A stretch of 64,000 bases of DNA from the IMG/VR virus record IMGVR_UViG_2579778660_000001; one strand, 5' to 3'. Below the pieces are notes generated by a model. That model searched no databases. It worked only from the letters and a program-made list of their open reading frames with translations, and had not been told where the DNA came from. This document shows, piece by piece, positions 19,354 through 27,412 of the stretch (positions are counted from its first letter, which is position 1; each line of letters starts with the position of its first letter). The position numbers were made by a program, and so were the translations under genes. Source of the stretch: a virus. Its lineage: Duplodnaviria > Heunggongvirae > Uroviricota > Caudoviricetes.

Positions 19354-19959
19354 ACAGAACTCCTTCTAACCAAAAGAACGCCATCTTCAGAAACAACGTT
19401 GCAGGACTTCAGGTAATTCATTGCCTCTTTCGGTAATGGATTCTTTGGATCGGCGTTTGCCAGGGATTTCGATAACCTCATGATAAATTTGATCATTACC
19501 TTCTGGCGGAGCTTGTGCTCATGAGATAAAGACAGGTAATAGGAAATGGTATGGGCTAAACGCTCACGAAGCTGTTCTGTGCCGTGATATACAGCAGCGA
19601 TATCACGCAGTGCATTGACCAGTTCCCGGTAAATATGCGGAGCAACCTGGCATTCAATGTTGGTTGGTGACTCATAAATTACATTCAGCCCCAGCTTTTT
19701 AGCCAGCTCGTGCTCTGCACGAGCGCCAACTGATTCCTCCCACCCCTTGAGCAAATAGACCGCATTAGCCGAACGCACCATTGCAAGGCAAATATCCATG
19801 TATTCGCTCTGGCAGAGGCCAGCAGGTAACAGCGCCGGATTCATAACAATATGCCCTACCTCCATCAGCTCTTTTGCTTTCGAAAAAAACGCTGTGCGGT
19901 TGTAGTCGGGATAACCAGTCATCGGACCCGCGATGTAAATTTTCATAATGCGTTTTGAC
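19350..19959 (-). CDS. DUF4406 (nucleoside 2-deoxyribosyltransferase-like) protein
   Basis: N-terminal IYIAGPMTGYPDYNRTAF; ATG at 19959 overlapping upstream stop (TGATG); track start 19988 is upstream. Confidence 0.6.
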
Positions 19960-19960
19960 A

Positions 19961-20116
19961 TCAAAGTTTCCCCAGGAACGTTACGCAAAAGTTGATGAGA
20001 GCAAAGAGTTCAATGCCCAGCTCAAACAACGCCAGGACAGTGAAAAACAGGACATATAGCAACCCAATTTCTGTATCGGATTGCTGGTGGATTGCACTAA
20101 TTGCGACAAGCATCAT
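19961..20116 (-). CDS. small hydrophobic membrane peptide (51 aa), first gene of leftward operon
   Basis: MMLVAISAIHQQSDTEIGLLYVLFFTVLALFELGIELFALINFCVTFLGKL; stop overlaps next ATG. Confidence 0.4.
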   Translation of the reverse strand: MMLVAISAIHQQSDTEIGLLYVLFFTVLALFELGIELFALINFCVTFLGKL

Positions 20117-20157
20117 GACCTCCTGATATAGCGTCTGAAAAAAGTATCTTCATTTTG

Positions 20158-20187
20158 TGTTAGAAAATCAATTTTGATTTTCTAACA
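20158..20187. promoter_or_regulatory. 30-bp perfect palindromic operator between divergent operons
   Basis: TGTTAGAAAATCAATTTTGATTTTCTAACA, two inverted copies of core motif. Confidence 0.65.
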
Positions 20188-20190
20188 TGT

Positions 20191-20808
20191 TTGATCAACC
20201 ATAGCGGCTATGTAGACAAACCGGGTATTTCTATGAAGCAAAGCTATTGGGAGAAACAGACACAAAAAGCCCTGCAAAAACTGGCTGATCCGAAATGGCG
20301 GGAGGAACAAAGGGCAAAGCGTCTTCAGCAAGCTCAACGCCAGCAGCAGCGTGCGCGAGAAAAAGCCGCATCGCCTGAATATCGGCAAAAGAAAATTGAA
20401 AAAGCGAAGCAATATGAACAGCGAAGAAAAGAGAAGGCCGCTTCTGCTCCTGTCAAAAAAACTCGCGCGTCACGCGGCCTGAAAGGCAGAACACTCACAG
20501 CAGATGAGCGCCGGATACAAACTGCCATCGGTGCTCTCCCCTGCATTGCCTGCCATATGCACGGACAGCATAGCCCTGTGGTATCCCTGCACCACATCTT
20601 CGGAAGAACAGCAGAGAACGCGCATAAATACGTCCTCCCTTTGTGTAAATGGCACCATCAACACGCAGCGCCAGCAGAGATCCGCGAGCAATACCCCTGG
20701 TTGGTTCCTGTTCATGCTGATGGAAAAATAGGCGGTAAAGCAGATTTCAGGCGGCACAATGCTGATGAAATGACGTTGTATCAGATGGCGATTGAATTGA
20801 CGAATTAG
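20191..20808 (+). CDS. ref: Ref-like HNH endonuclease (recombination enhancement function)
   Basis: Basic low-complexity N-terminus then Cys/His HNH core (CIACHMHGQHSP...LCKWHHQH); likely ATG at 20233. Confidence 0.65.
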   Translation: MINHSGYVDKPGISMKQSYWEKQTQKALQKLADPKWREEQRAKRLQQAQRQQQRAREKAASPEYRQKKIEKAKQYEQRRKEKAASAPVKKTRASRGLKGRTLTADERRIQTAIGALPCIACHMHGQHSPVVSLHHIFGRTAENAHKYVLPLCKWHHQHAAPAEIREQYPWLVPVHADGKIGGKADFRRHNADEMTLYQMAIELTN

Positions 20809-20819
20809 TTTTCTAACAT
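20805..20819. promoter_or_regulatory. operator-like motif TTAGTTTTCTAACAT (copy 5)
   Basis: Identical 15-mer to copy 1; overlaps ref stop codon. Confidence 0.55.
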
Positions 20820-20822
20820 TTT

Positions 20823-21139
20823 AAGTTGAATTATAAATTTCTCCGATGTACATTCACTACCGATTGGCACACCGGTCAACTTTTTGAGACAAACTGTATA
20901 GTTTTTCGTATTATTGCCGCCGCCATACCTATGGCGGTGCAATATAGGTGGCTGAAAAGCCCCCGTTGACTCACGGTGTTCCAGCCTTTATTGCGCCGCC
21001 ACCAGACCGTGGAACAGTCGATGGCGGCTCCGAAAGCAAGGAGTCACTACACTATGAACAGCTACTGTCTTTTCCCGTCACTCGTTGTCCGCCACTCACG
21101 CGATAATCTGCATTCTTTACTCGCGCTGGGGGTGTCAAA
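20823..21139 (+). ncRNA. candidate structured regulatory RNA region (antisense-type), speculative
   Basis: No ORF; paired hairpins CCGCCATacctATGGCGG and GCCGCCA-N19-TGGCGGC with shared 7-nt words; follows an operator. Confidence 0.2.
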
Positions 21140-21307
21140 ATGACCGTTCGCTACCTCAACTTTCAAATCCAGAACATCACTGGCGGTTGCTATGACTGGT
21201 TTGTCACTCTCGGAAAAGAAGTGATCACCGGGAAGCTGGATGAAGTGAAAGCTAAAGCAATGGCCTACGCCTGCAAGCAAGCCCGGAAGAAATCCGCCAA
21301 AGCATAA
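21140..21307 (+). CDS. small protein (55 aa), candidate
   Basis: ATG after GGGGG; MTVRYLNFQIQNITGGCYDWFVTLGKEVITGKLDEVKAKAMAYACKQARKKSAKA. Confidence 0.3.
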   Translation: MTVRYLNFQIQNITGGCYDWFVTLGKEVITGKLDEVKAKAMAYACKQARKKSAKA

Positions 21308-21694
21308 AATACTGACTTTTGCGCCCTGGCATTATCGTGGGGTATATTTCTACGGCACCTTAGAAAAACGGGTGCCGGGATTGGAACCTCACGCGGTAGC
21401 TCCTTAACTTAGTCAAAGGAGGCTGCCAATATCGCTACTATCCCCACCCCAACTCATTCTGAATTTATCTGGCGTTTCTATTCCTGCCAAAAACACCTGT
21501 ATATCTGCGTCATGGCTGCAACCGAAGCAGAAGCTCGTTCATACCTTCCCCTGGCGGAACGGGGCGTAATTGGTGATAAACAGATACTGGGAAACAGTGG
21601 AACTACATGAGGCGGGAGTAATTCGTGACCTGATGGAGAATTCCGTTCCCCGCCGCTATCGTGCAGGGAACGGCATCTCCGTGGTTAAAGGTGT

Positions 21695-22087
21695 TTAAAG
21701 CTCACCTGCGCGCTGTTTTTCAAGCACAGATTTAACATTTGGCGCTTTCCCTTTAAAAGAATGGAAAGTGCCACATTTTTCTGTTTTAACCTCGCGCAGA
21801 GCTTCGCCGTCGGCGTTCTGCCATTGATGGGATAATGTCATATCACCGCGAGAAGGAACATCCAGCGAGTACAGCGTGTAAGTTCCCCCCATCTCCGCAT
21901 ACTCCTGGAACACATAGCTCATTACGTCAGATTCAGTTTTTCGGTGTGCGTTATCAACCTTATTCCCATTCAGAAATATGGCATCTGGATAGATTTTTAT
22001 ATCAAACCGACCGCACTTAACTTGTAAATCTCCGGCGCTCGCGATCAAAGGGAAAGACGCCAGTAAAGCAATAGCCAATCTTTTCAA
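21695..22087 (-). CDS. exported protein with signal peptide (130 aa)
   Basis: N-terminal MKRLAIALLASFPLIASA signal sequence. Confidence 0.6.
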   Translation of the reverse strand: MKRLAIALLASFPLIASAGDLQVKCGRFDIKIYPDAIFLNGNKVDNAHRKTESDVMSYVFQEYAEMGGTYTLYSLDVPSRGDMTLSHQWQNADGEALREVKTEKCGTFHSFKGKAPNVKSVLEKQRAGEL

Positions 22088-22107
22088 TTCTGCCTCCGCT
22101 GCGTAAC

Positions 22108-22731
22108 TTATTGCCCGTATTTTTTACACCATTGCTCTGCCATTTGTTTGGCTAAAGGCCCGGCTACTGCACTGTATTCTGCTGTTTTACTTTGCACACA
22201 TGAAGCAGATGGTTTTTTATTTCGCTGCTCGGTTAGTTTGCGCTCATAAGCCATCATGCTATCGAACCCGGCAATATCACTTTGGCGAAGCATTCCCTTT
22301 TTAACCAAAAATTGCTGCCCCTCTGGCACCAACGCAAGCATAAAAAGAGGTTGCAATAACTCACCTAATCCTTGCTGGCGATACACTTCGAATTGCTGCC
22401 ATCCCTGACTTAATCTGGAAAGAGTATCTTTGGTTGAATAACCTGTTTTTGTTATAGCTTTGTCCGTCAGATATGCTGTATATGCAAAAACGCAAAAGTC
22501 AGTTTTACCAATAAACTGAGTTCCAACAGGCCGTAATGGAATGCCCTCCCTCTTGCAAAAGTCCATAATGGCCGCTTGTGAATGAACTCCACCAGCGTTA
22601 TTCATAACCTGCTGCCCTGCCCTGAATTGTGCAGGTAACGCAGTTGCATTGGCAGTATTAGCAGATACGCATCCCAACATAGCCGCGAGCGCGGCCCCTA
22701 AAGCCCTTAACTTCACTACACCATCCTTCAT
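22108..22731 (-). CDS. putative lipoprotein (207 aa)
   Basis: Signal peptide with lipobox-like AAMLGC. Confidence 0.6.
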   Translation of the reverse strand: MKDGVVKLRALGAALAAMLGCVSANTANATALPAQFRAGQQVMNNAGGVHSQAAIMDFCKREGIPLRPVGTQFIGKTDFCVFAYTAYLTDKAITKTGYSTKDTLSRLSQGWQQFEVYRQQGLGELLQPLFMLALVPEGQQFLVKKGMLRQSDIAGFDSMMAYERKLTEQRNKKPSASCVQSKTAEYSAVAGPLAKQMAEQWCKKYGQ

Positions 22732-22935
22732 GCAAACAAAATGAAGTTTTATGTTATAAAAACAATTAACTACATAAACATGATTTAGGCCAAATTTCGG
22801 TTAAAAAATAAAATCCACCAAAAGTGGTTGACACTATTTTGGAAATCACAAACTGCACATAATCCATCGCGCTAACGGCTCCCGTTGAAGGTTCTTTTGA
22901 CGATTAACTTTCAGCCGAAGCGCGGTAGGGAGTCA

Positions 22936-22962
22936 TAACGCCAAAGCAGGCCGCCATGTGCG
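22936..22962 (+). terminator. intrinsic terminator in divergent intergenic region
   Basis: AGGCCGCcatgtGCGGCCT followed by TTTTTTT. Confidence 0.5.
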
Positions 22963-22996
22963 GCCTTTTTTTGTATCCGTCATCCGTGGAGGAAGG

Positions 22997-23653
22997 ACAA
23001 TGGAAAAGATCGCAATATTCAGCCTGACCACCAGCAAGCCTCAAATGCTCACTGCAATACTGAAAGACGGTGCTCTCATTATTAACGAAGTAAAACCCCT
23101 TCCCGCGTCAGCATTGGAGCAAAAGCAAAAAATTCCTCCAGCTATAGCAGCCCTGCGGAAAAGCAAATTTAAGGTACTGGTAGACGAAATTACGCCAACG
23201 ATCTCCGCTGGCACCGGAGCAAGCCAGGTGACTCTCAAGACCCGTCATGCCGATGGCAGAGCAGCAATCATCGTCGGGATGGAAAGATACAGAGAGTTAA
23301 AACTCCAGAAGCTATTATCCCTGCCGCAAAATAACAAAGGTGCTTTCGAAATCCCTGACTCCATCGTTGACACCGAATACAACGGTAACGGAGAAGAAGT
23401 CTACCGGGTGAACTGGCAGGATATCAGGCCGGAGCATATTTTGATGATCCTGTGTTGCTACGCGACCGTATACCACAATGTAGCCAGTGCGGATTACGTA
23501 GAGCAGATGACCGGTACAGTCGAGAAAGAGCAAAAAACAGGCATACTCGCTTCGTTCCTGTCCATTATTGGGCATGAAAAAGTTAAAGCAGGCACCTCCC
23601 AGCCAAAGGCACTGACTGGGAAAGAAGTTGATGAAGATACCGTGATACTTTGA
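22997..23653 (+). CDS. hypothetical protein (218 aa)
   Basis: ATG at 22997 with GGAGGAAGG RBS; track start 22958 is a GTG inside the terminator. Confidence 0.6.
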   Translation, partial: TMEKIAIFSLTTSKPQMLTAILKDGALIINEVKPLPASALEQKQKIPPAIAALRKSKFKVLVDEITPTISAGTGASQVTLKTRHADGRAAIIVGMERYRELKLQKLLSLPQNNKGAFEIPDSIVDTEYNGNGEEVYRVNWQDIRPEHILMILCCYATVYHNVASADYVEQMTGTVEKEQKTGILASFLSIIGHEKVKAGTSQPKALTGKEVDEDTVIL

Positions 23654-23788
23654 TCACATTAGTAGCTTTGTTAACTCCCTCAATACCAGGTAGAAGAGTA
23701 ACAAAAATATTGACGCCAGTATTTGCGTGGTCAATGAAGCGTTCATAAACAGATCAATTAGCATTAATAATTCGAAGATAACATCCAT
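23654..23788 (-). CDS. small hydrophobic peptide (44 aa), candidate
   Basis: MDVIFELLMLIDLFMNASLTTQILASIFLLLFYLVLRELTKLLM; GGAGTG RBS. Confidence 0.3.
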   Translation of the reverse strand: MDVIFELLMLIDLFMNASLTTQILASIFLLLFYLVLRELTKLLM

Positions 23789-23886
23789 GTCATTCACTCC
23801 GTTTAATTTTTAATCTAATGCCAGCAAATGAAGCTGGCCCCCGCATAAAGATTAATGAAAGTCACTTGTCACCAGTGAGGGGATTT

Positions 23887-23970
23887 ATGAACCACATCCC
23901 CCTGAACTGGTGTCCTGTCTGTTTCTCGCATTTCACACCCTGCATACAGTTTCCCCCAGGTTATGACTGA
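23887..23970 (+). CDS. small Cys-containing peptide (27 aa), candidate
   Basis: MNHIPLNWCPVCFSHFTPCIQFPPGYD; GAGGGG RBS 5 nt upstream; sits inside a long imperfect hairpin. Confidence 0.25.
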   Translation: MNHIPLNWCPVCFSHFTPCIQFPPGYD

Positions 23971-23981
23971 GAGGCTTTGTT

Positions 23982-24311
23982 ATGGGCTATAGCAGACTCG
24001 ACGATAGGTACATTGAAGACGATATTTTTCGTGCGCTGTTTCACCAGGAAATGATTAAGCGGGTATCGGAGTATCACTCTGATAATTTCCAGTACACGAT
24101 AAAGATTGATGAAGTATATCGTTCAGACCTTGCAGCCTACAGGGCGTATGGCAATGCAGATTTGCGCTGGGTATTCCGGGTGCTGGTGGGCCATGAGTCA
24201 GAAATGGAAGAAATGCCCGCCGGGACCACGTTAACTCTTCCTGATGTGGCATGGCTGAGGAACAAGATCCGTGATTACGCGAGCGCGGAACCGGAGATAG
24301 AAAATGCCTGA
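23982..24311 (+). CDS. hypothetical protein (109 aa)
   Basis: GAGG RBS; 8-nt overlap with downstream gene. Confidence 0.55.
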   Translation: MGYSRLDDRYIEDDIFRALFHQEMIKRVSEYHSDNFQYTIKIDEVYRSDLAAYRAYGNADLRWVFRVLVGHESEMEEMPAGTTLTLPDVAWLRNKIRDYASAEPEIENA

Positions 24312-25497
24312 TTTCCTGAAAAAACAGGACGGGCGCTATATCACTGACGGCCTGTCCTCTAAGGACTTCACGCGTTTATTCGAGATTATCAGGAAAGAAC
24401 AAACCCGTAAGCGCCGACAAGCTCACCGGACGCTGACGCCAGGTAGACTGAGGAACAAATCCGCCGAAGATATTCTCAAGTTAGGGAAGAAAAAAGGCGG
24501 CACGTTCTTCACGCGAGACGACCTGAAAGGTTTCGAAAAGCTACGGAGTAAAACGCGCGAAAAATATGACAGCAAGACGGCTGGCATCACATACGCCCAG
24601 CTGGTGGCATCCAGCCAGGCAATCGATATTAAGCGTGCAAATAACGCCGTGGATGACGGATCTGGTATCAAAAGAGCTACCCCCGTATCTCTTCGCCACA
24701 ATGTGATTAATATCCGCGTAGAAGCATCGGATATATCCGTCCACCAGCACCATATCGTCCGGATACGCTTTGAAGAATGGGATCAGATGGTTGATGACAT
24801 CGCAGAAGACGATAAATCAGCTCTCAAAATCACTAAATCACTGTGCGCCGGGCGAGTGTCTTTCGATTGTGACTGTGGTCGTCATCAATACTGGTATCGT
24901 TACATCGCCACTGCGGGTAACTTTGCCCTGGCACCGCCAAAAGAATACGCCTATCCAAAAGTTCGCAACCCGAACCTGCAAGGCGTCGCCTGTAAACACG
25001 TGATCCACTCAATGACGCGGTTACAGTCCGCCAGTTGGCAAATGAGTATTGCTCGTGCGCTACAAAAGGCTGCAACGCAAATTGCATTTGGTGACGATCG
25101 CCGCCGTACAACCAAACACTTCTCAAAAGAAGACGAGAAGGAGTTTAATCGCAATCGTAGCAGTAAAACGAACGTTGAAGCCGCCAAACGCGAATGGAGA
25201 CTCTATCAGAAGCGCCAGGCAGCTTTAAGTTCAAAACTGGCAAAGGACAACGGCAAGATCGACAAGCTACGTGACCAATTGACCAGGGCCAGAAAGTTGT
25301 CAGACGCACAGAAAAAACGGGCGGCTGCAAAAGAAGCGGCCTTGCAACGAGAGAAGCAGAAAAACAAGGAGCTTCAGCAACGCCTTGCCGATCAGTTCGC
25401 ACTGAAGAAGCAGGCGTTCATTGATGCGCTTGTCATGGCAGGAACGTCACCTGAGCAAGCTGAAAAAATGTTTATAGAGTACGTGAAAAAAGCATAA
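24304..25497 (+). CDS. hypothetical protein with SWIM-like zinc-finger motif and basic coiled-coil C-terminus
   Basis: FDCDCGRH...VACKHVIH (CxC...CxH); Lys/Arg/Glu-rich C-terminal third. Confidence 0.55.
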   Translation: MPDFLKKQDGRYITDGLSSKDFTRLFEIIRKEQTRKRRQAHRTLTPGRLRNKSAEDILKLGKKKGGTFFTRDDLKGFEKLRSKTREKYDSKTAGITYAQLVASSQAIDIKRANNAVDDGSGIKRATPVSLRHNVINIRVEASDISVHQHHIVRIRFEEWDQMVDDIAEDDKSALKITKSLCAGRVSFDCDCGRHQYWYRYIATAGNFALAPPKEYAYPKVRNPNLQGVACKHVIHSMTRLQSASWQMSIARALQKAATQIAFGDDRRRTTKHFSKEDEKEFNRNRSSKTNVEAAKREWRLYQKRQAALSSKLAKDNGKIDKLRDQLTRARKLSDAQKKRAAAKEAALQREKQKNKELQQRLADQFALKKQAFIDALVMAGTSPEQAEKMFIEYVKKA

Positions 25498-25530
25498 ACC
25501 ACACATAGCCTAGTAGTTTATGCTGGGCTT

Positions 25531-26259
25531 TCATTTTTTTGAAAGATCAATTCCAGTATTATCAAATAAACTGGAAATATCAGACACCAATTTATTAAAA
25601 TGCTTGTCATCATTATAGAATGATGTGCTTTTTATAGCGACTATAAAATCACATAAATCTTGCGGAGATTCAATGCTAACACCCTTATTTTTATATAGTT
25701 CAATAATACTGCCAACATCAGTATGCAATAGTTTTATCGCACCACAAATTTCTCGCTGTTTCGTAGCTAGGTCATTAAGTTTATTTTCATTTTCATCTAA
25801 TATTTGTTTTGAATATTTAGCGTCATTGGTTGCTTGATTTAACTTTGTTTTCTTTCTTTGCAATTCTATTCTTTTATCATAATCAGCAACTTCATCTAAA
25901 TATCTTATTTCAGTGTATAATTTACTTGTTAGCTTAGATATCGTCAGTGTGAGAATAGGAGCTAATACAGATGCAAATACTCCATAAATAAATGGGATTA
26001 CAACGTGACAAACCCACGGGGGTACAATCCAATTATCAAAGAACGGTACATTACCACCAACAAAAACAATAGATAATGTATATAGGATGTCGTCCTTTGA
26101 CTTTAATATAATTAAAATATCCTTCCAGTTAAGGATTAGAAAAGAAATGACAACATATGCAAAAACCTTGTTAAATATTTTATCTTTTATTATTTCAGAA
26201 AATGATTTTAGTTCTGTTTCATTTATAGACGGATTATCTTTAACTTTTTCTGACATCAT
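25531..26259 (-). CDS. AT-rich hypothetical membrane protein (242 aa); candidate exclusion/abortive-infection-type cargo
   Basis: Visibly lower GC than flanks; 2-3 N-terminal TM helices, helical C-terminus; AGGAT RBS. Confidence 0.65.
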   Translation of the reverse strand: MMSEKVKDNPSINETELKSFSEIIKDKIFNKVFAYVVISFLILNWKDILIILKSKDDILYTLSIVFVGGNVPFFDNWIVPPWVCHVVIPFIYGVFASVLAPILTLTISKLTSKLYTEIRYLDEVADYDKRIELQRKKTKLNQATNDAKYSKQILDENENKLNDLATKQREICGAIKLLHTDVGSIIELYKNKGVSIESPQDLCDFIVAIKSTSFYNDDKHFNKLVSDISSLFDNTGIDLSKK

Positions 26260-26280
26260 AGCTTATCCTGATTACTTTTA

Positions 26281-26481
26281 TTATGGATAGTTAAAAGATT
26301 CAACAGGTGATGGTGGCTGAATTGGGTAATGTTTCTTCTCGTACTCCTCAATGAGAAGACTCATAACCTCAAAGAAATCACCTTCCGGAGTATTCATTTC
26401 CGGTTCGTTATCGAACATCGGTTCGACCGCACGCAGTGCGGCCTCATAATCTTGTTCTGTACGGATAGGTTTAATGTTCAT
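26281..26481 (-). CDS. antitoxin-like N-terminal domain ORF lacking HTH (possible truncated HigA-type antitoxin)
   Basis: IRTEQDYEAALRAVEPMFDNEPEMNTPEGDFFEVMSLLIEEYEKKH resembles antitoxin N-domain; ends where an HTH would start; 21 nt upstream of AT-rich gene. Confidence 0.45.
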   Translation of the reverse strand: MNIKPIRTEQDYEAALRAVEPMFDNEPEMNTPEGDFFEVMSLLIEEYEKKHYPIQPPSPVESFNYP

Positions 26482-26491
26482 TAATTACAAA

Positions 26492-26518
26492 GGAAAGCCC
26501 ACTTGCTAAGTGGGCTTT
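26492..26518. terminator. stem-loop between higA and downstream ORF
   Basis: AAAGCCCACTtgctAAGTGGGCTTT; T-run on plus side. Confidence 0.4.
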
Positions 26519-26537
26519 TTGTATGTGTTTTACTATA

Positions 26538-26876
26538 TCAGGCTGCTTTTTTATTCATGTTCCGCTGAGAAATAAATTTTTCAGCAGTATTGATACGACT
26601 TAACTCTTCCTGAACGCGCATATCATTTTCGACTTCCCACAGATCTACTGCGGTCTGAAGATTAATCCAAAAATCTACAGAAGTATCGAATGCTTTTGCC
26701 AGGCGATATGCCATATCCATCGTTAGCTTACGATTATTATTAACAAGAGCACTTACGGTGTTACGATGAACATGAAGTATTTCTGCTAACTCGTTGATCT
26801 TCAGCTCTAACGGCTCCAGGTATTCGTACAGCAGGATATCACCTACGGTCGTCGGTTTTCTGGTTGCCTGTTTCAT
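26538..26876 (-). CDS. higA: HigA-family antitoxin (XRE HTH)
   Basis: VGDILLYEYLEPLELKINELAEILHVHRNTVSALVNNNRKLTMDMAYRLAKAFDTSVDFWINLQ. Confidence 0.8.
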   Translation of the reverse strand: MKQATRKPTTVGDILLYEYLEPLELKINELAEILHVHRNTVSALVNNNRKLTMDMAYRLAKAFDTSVDFWINLQTAVDLWEVENDMRVQEELSRINTAEKFISQRNMNKKAA

Positions 26877-26947
26877 TTTTTTGCCCTTACTAGCGTGCGT
26901 ATTAAGTGGACTCTGGTCAGAACCCGGTCCGTAACCGGGTATCTGTT

Positions 26948-27250
26948 TTAGTATTTGTGAGGGTCGAGATACAAGTCCTCGGCCTTTCCGTTAACCCACT
27001 TAAAAATTAACCTATATTGCTTATTCACCCTTACTGATGAATAGCCATTTAGCTTCCCTGACAGTTCCTCATACCGATTACCTGGTGGTGATCTTAAATC
27101 CTTACAGGTAGTTGCGGCATTGATAATGTCCAACTTCCGTGACAATGTCATATGAATATCAGGAGGTATCTTTCTATGTGGTGTTGAAAATTCAAAAAAA
27201 TCATCAAGCCACGCATCCCTGAAATCCTTTATGTTAATTTTTTTGGTCAT
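26948..27250 (-). CDS. higB: HigB-family toxin (RelE/ParE superfamily)
   Basis: 100 aa; ...LRSPPGNRYEELSGKLNGYSSVRVNKQYRLIFKWVNG...; toxin-first order. Confidence 0.8.
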   Translation of the reverse strand: MTKKINIKDFRDAWLDDFFEFSTPHRKIPPDIHMTLSRKLDIINAATTCKDLRSPPGNRYEELSGKLNGYSSVRVNKQYRLIFKWVNGKAEDLYLDPHKY

Positions 27251-27296
27251 TAGTCATTTGATCCTCCGTGATGATTACCGAATGCCATAACTATAG

Positions 27297-27324
27297 CGCA
27301 CCGTTGCACTGTGCGCAAGTGCAT
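27297..27324. promoter_or_regulatory. putative higBA operator (overlapping inverted repeats)
   Basis: GCGCAC-N9-GTGCGC and TGCACT-N7-AGTGCA, 45-75 bp upstream of higB. Confidence 0.4.
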
Positions 27325-27412
27325 TTTATGAATTCCCCCTCCTTCATCCAAAATCACAATCTCCCGAAAATCTTCCTTTCGATACCTGACAGATCGACCT
27401 TTGAGGATGCTT

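Noticed and set aside
21330-21420. Possible tRNA (GGGATTGGAACC resembles a T-arm)
   Set aside because: No canonical GTTCGAATCC T-loop, no 7-bp acceptor stem with matching 3' end, no D-arm.
21490-21506. Second LexA box (CTGTATATCTGCGTCAT)
   Set aside because: Has CTGT but lacks the ACAG half-site at N8 spacing.
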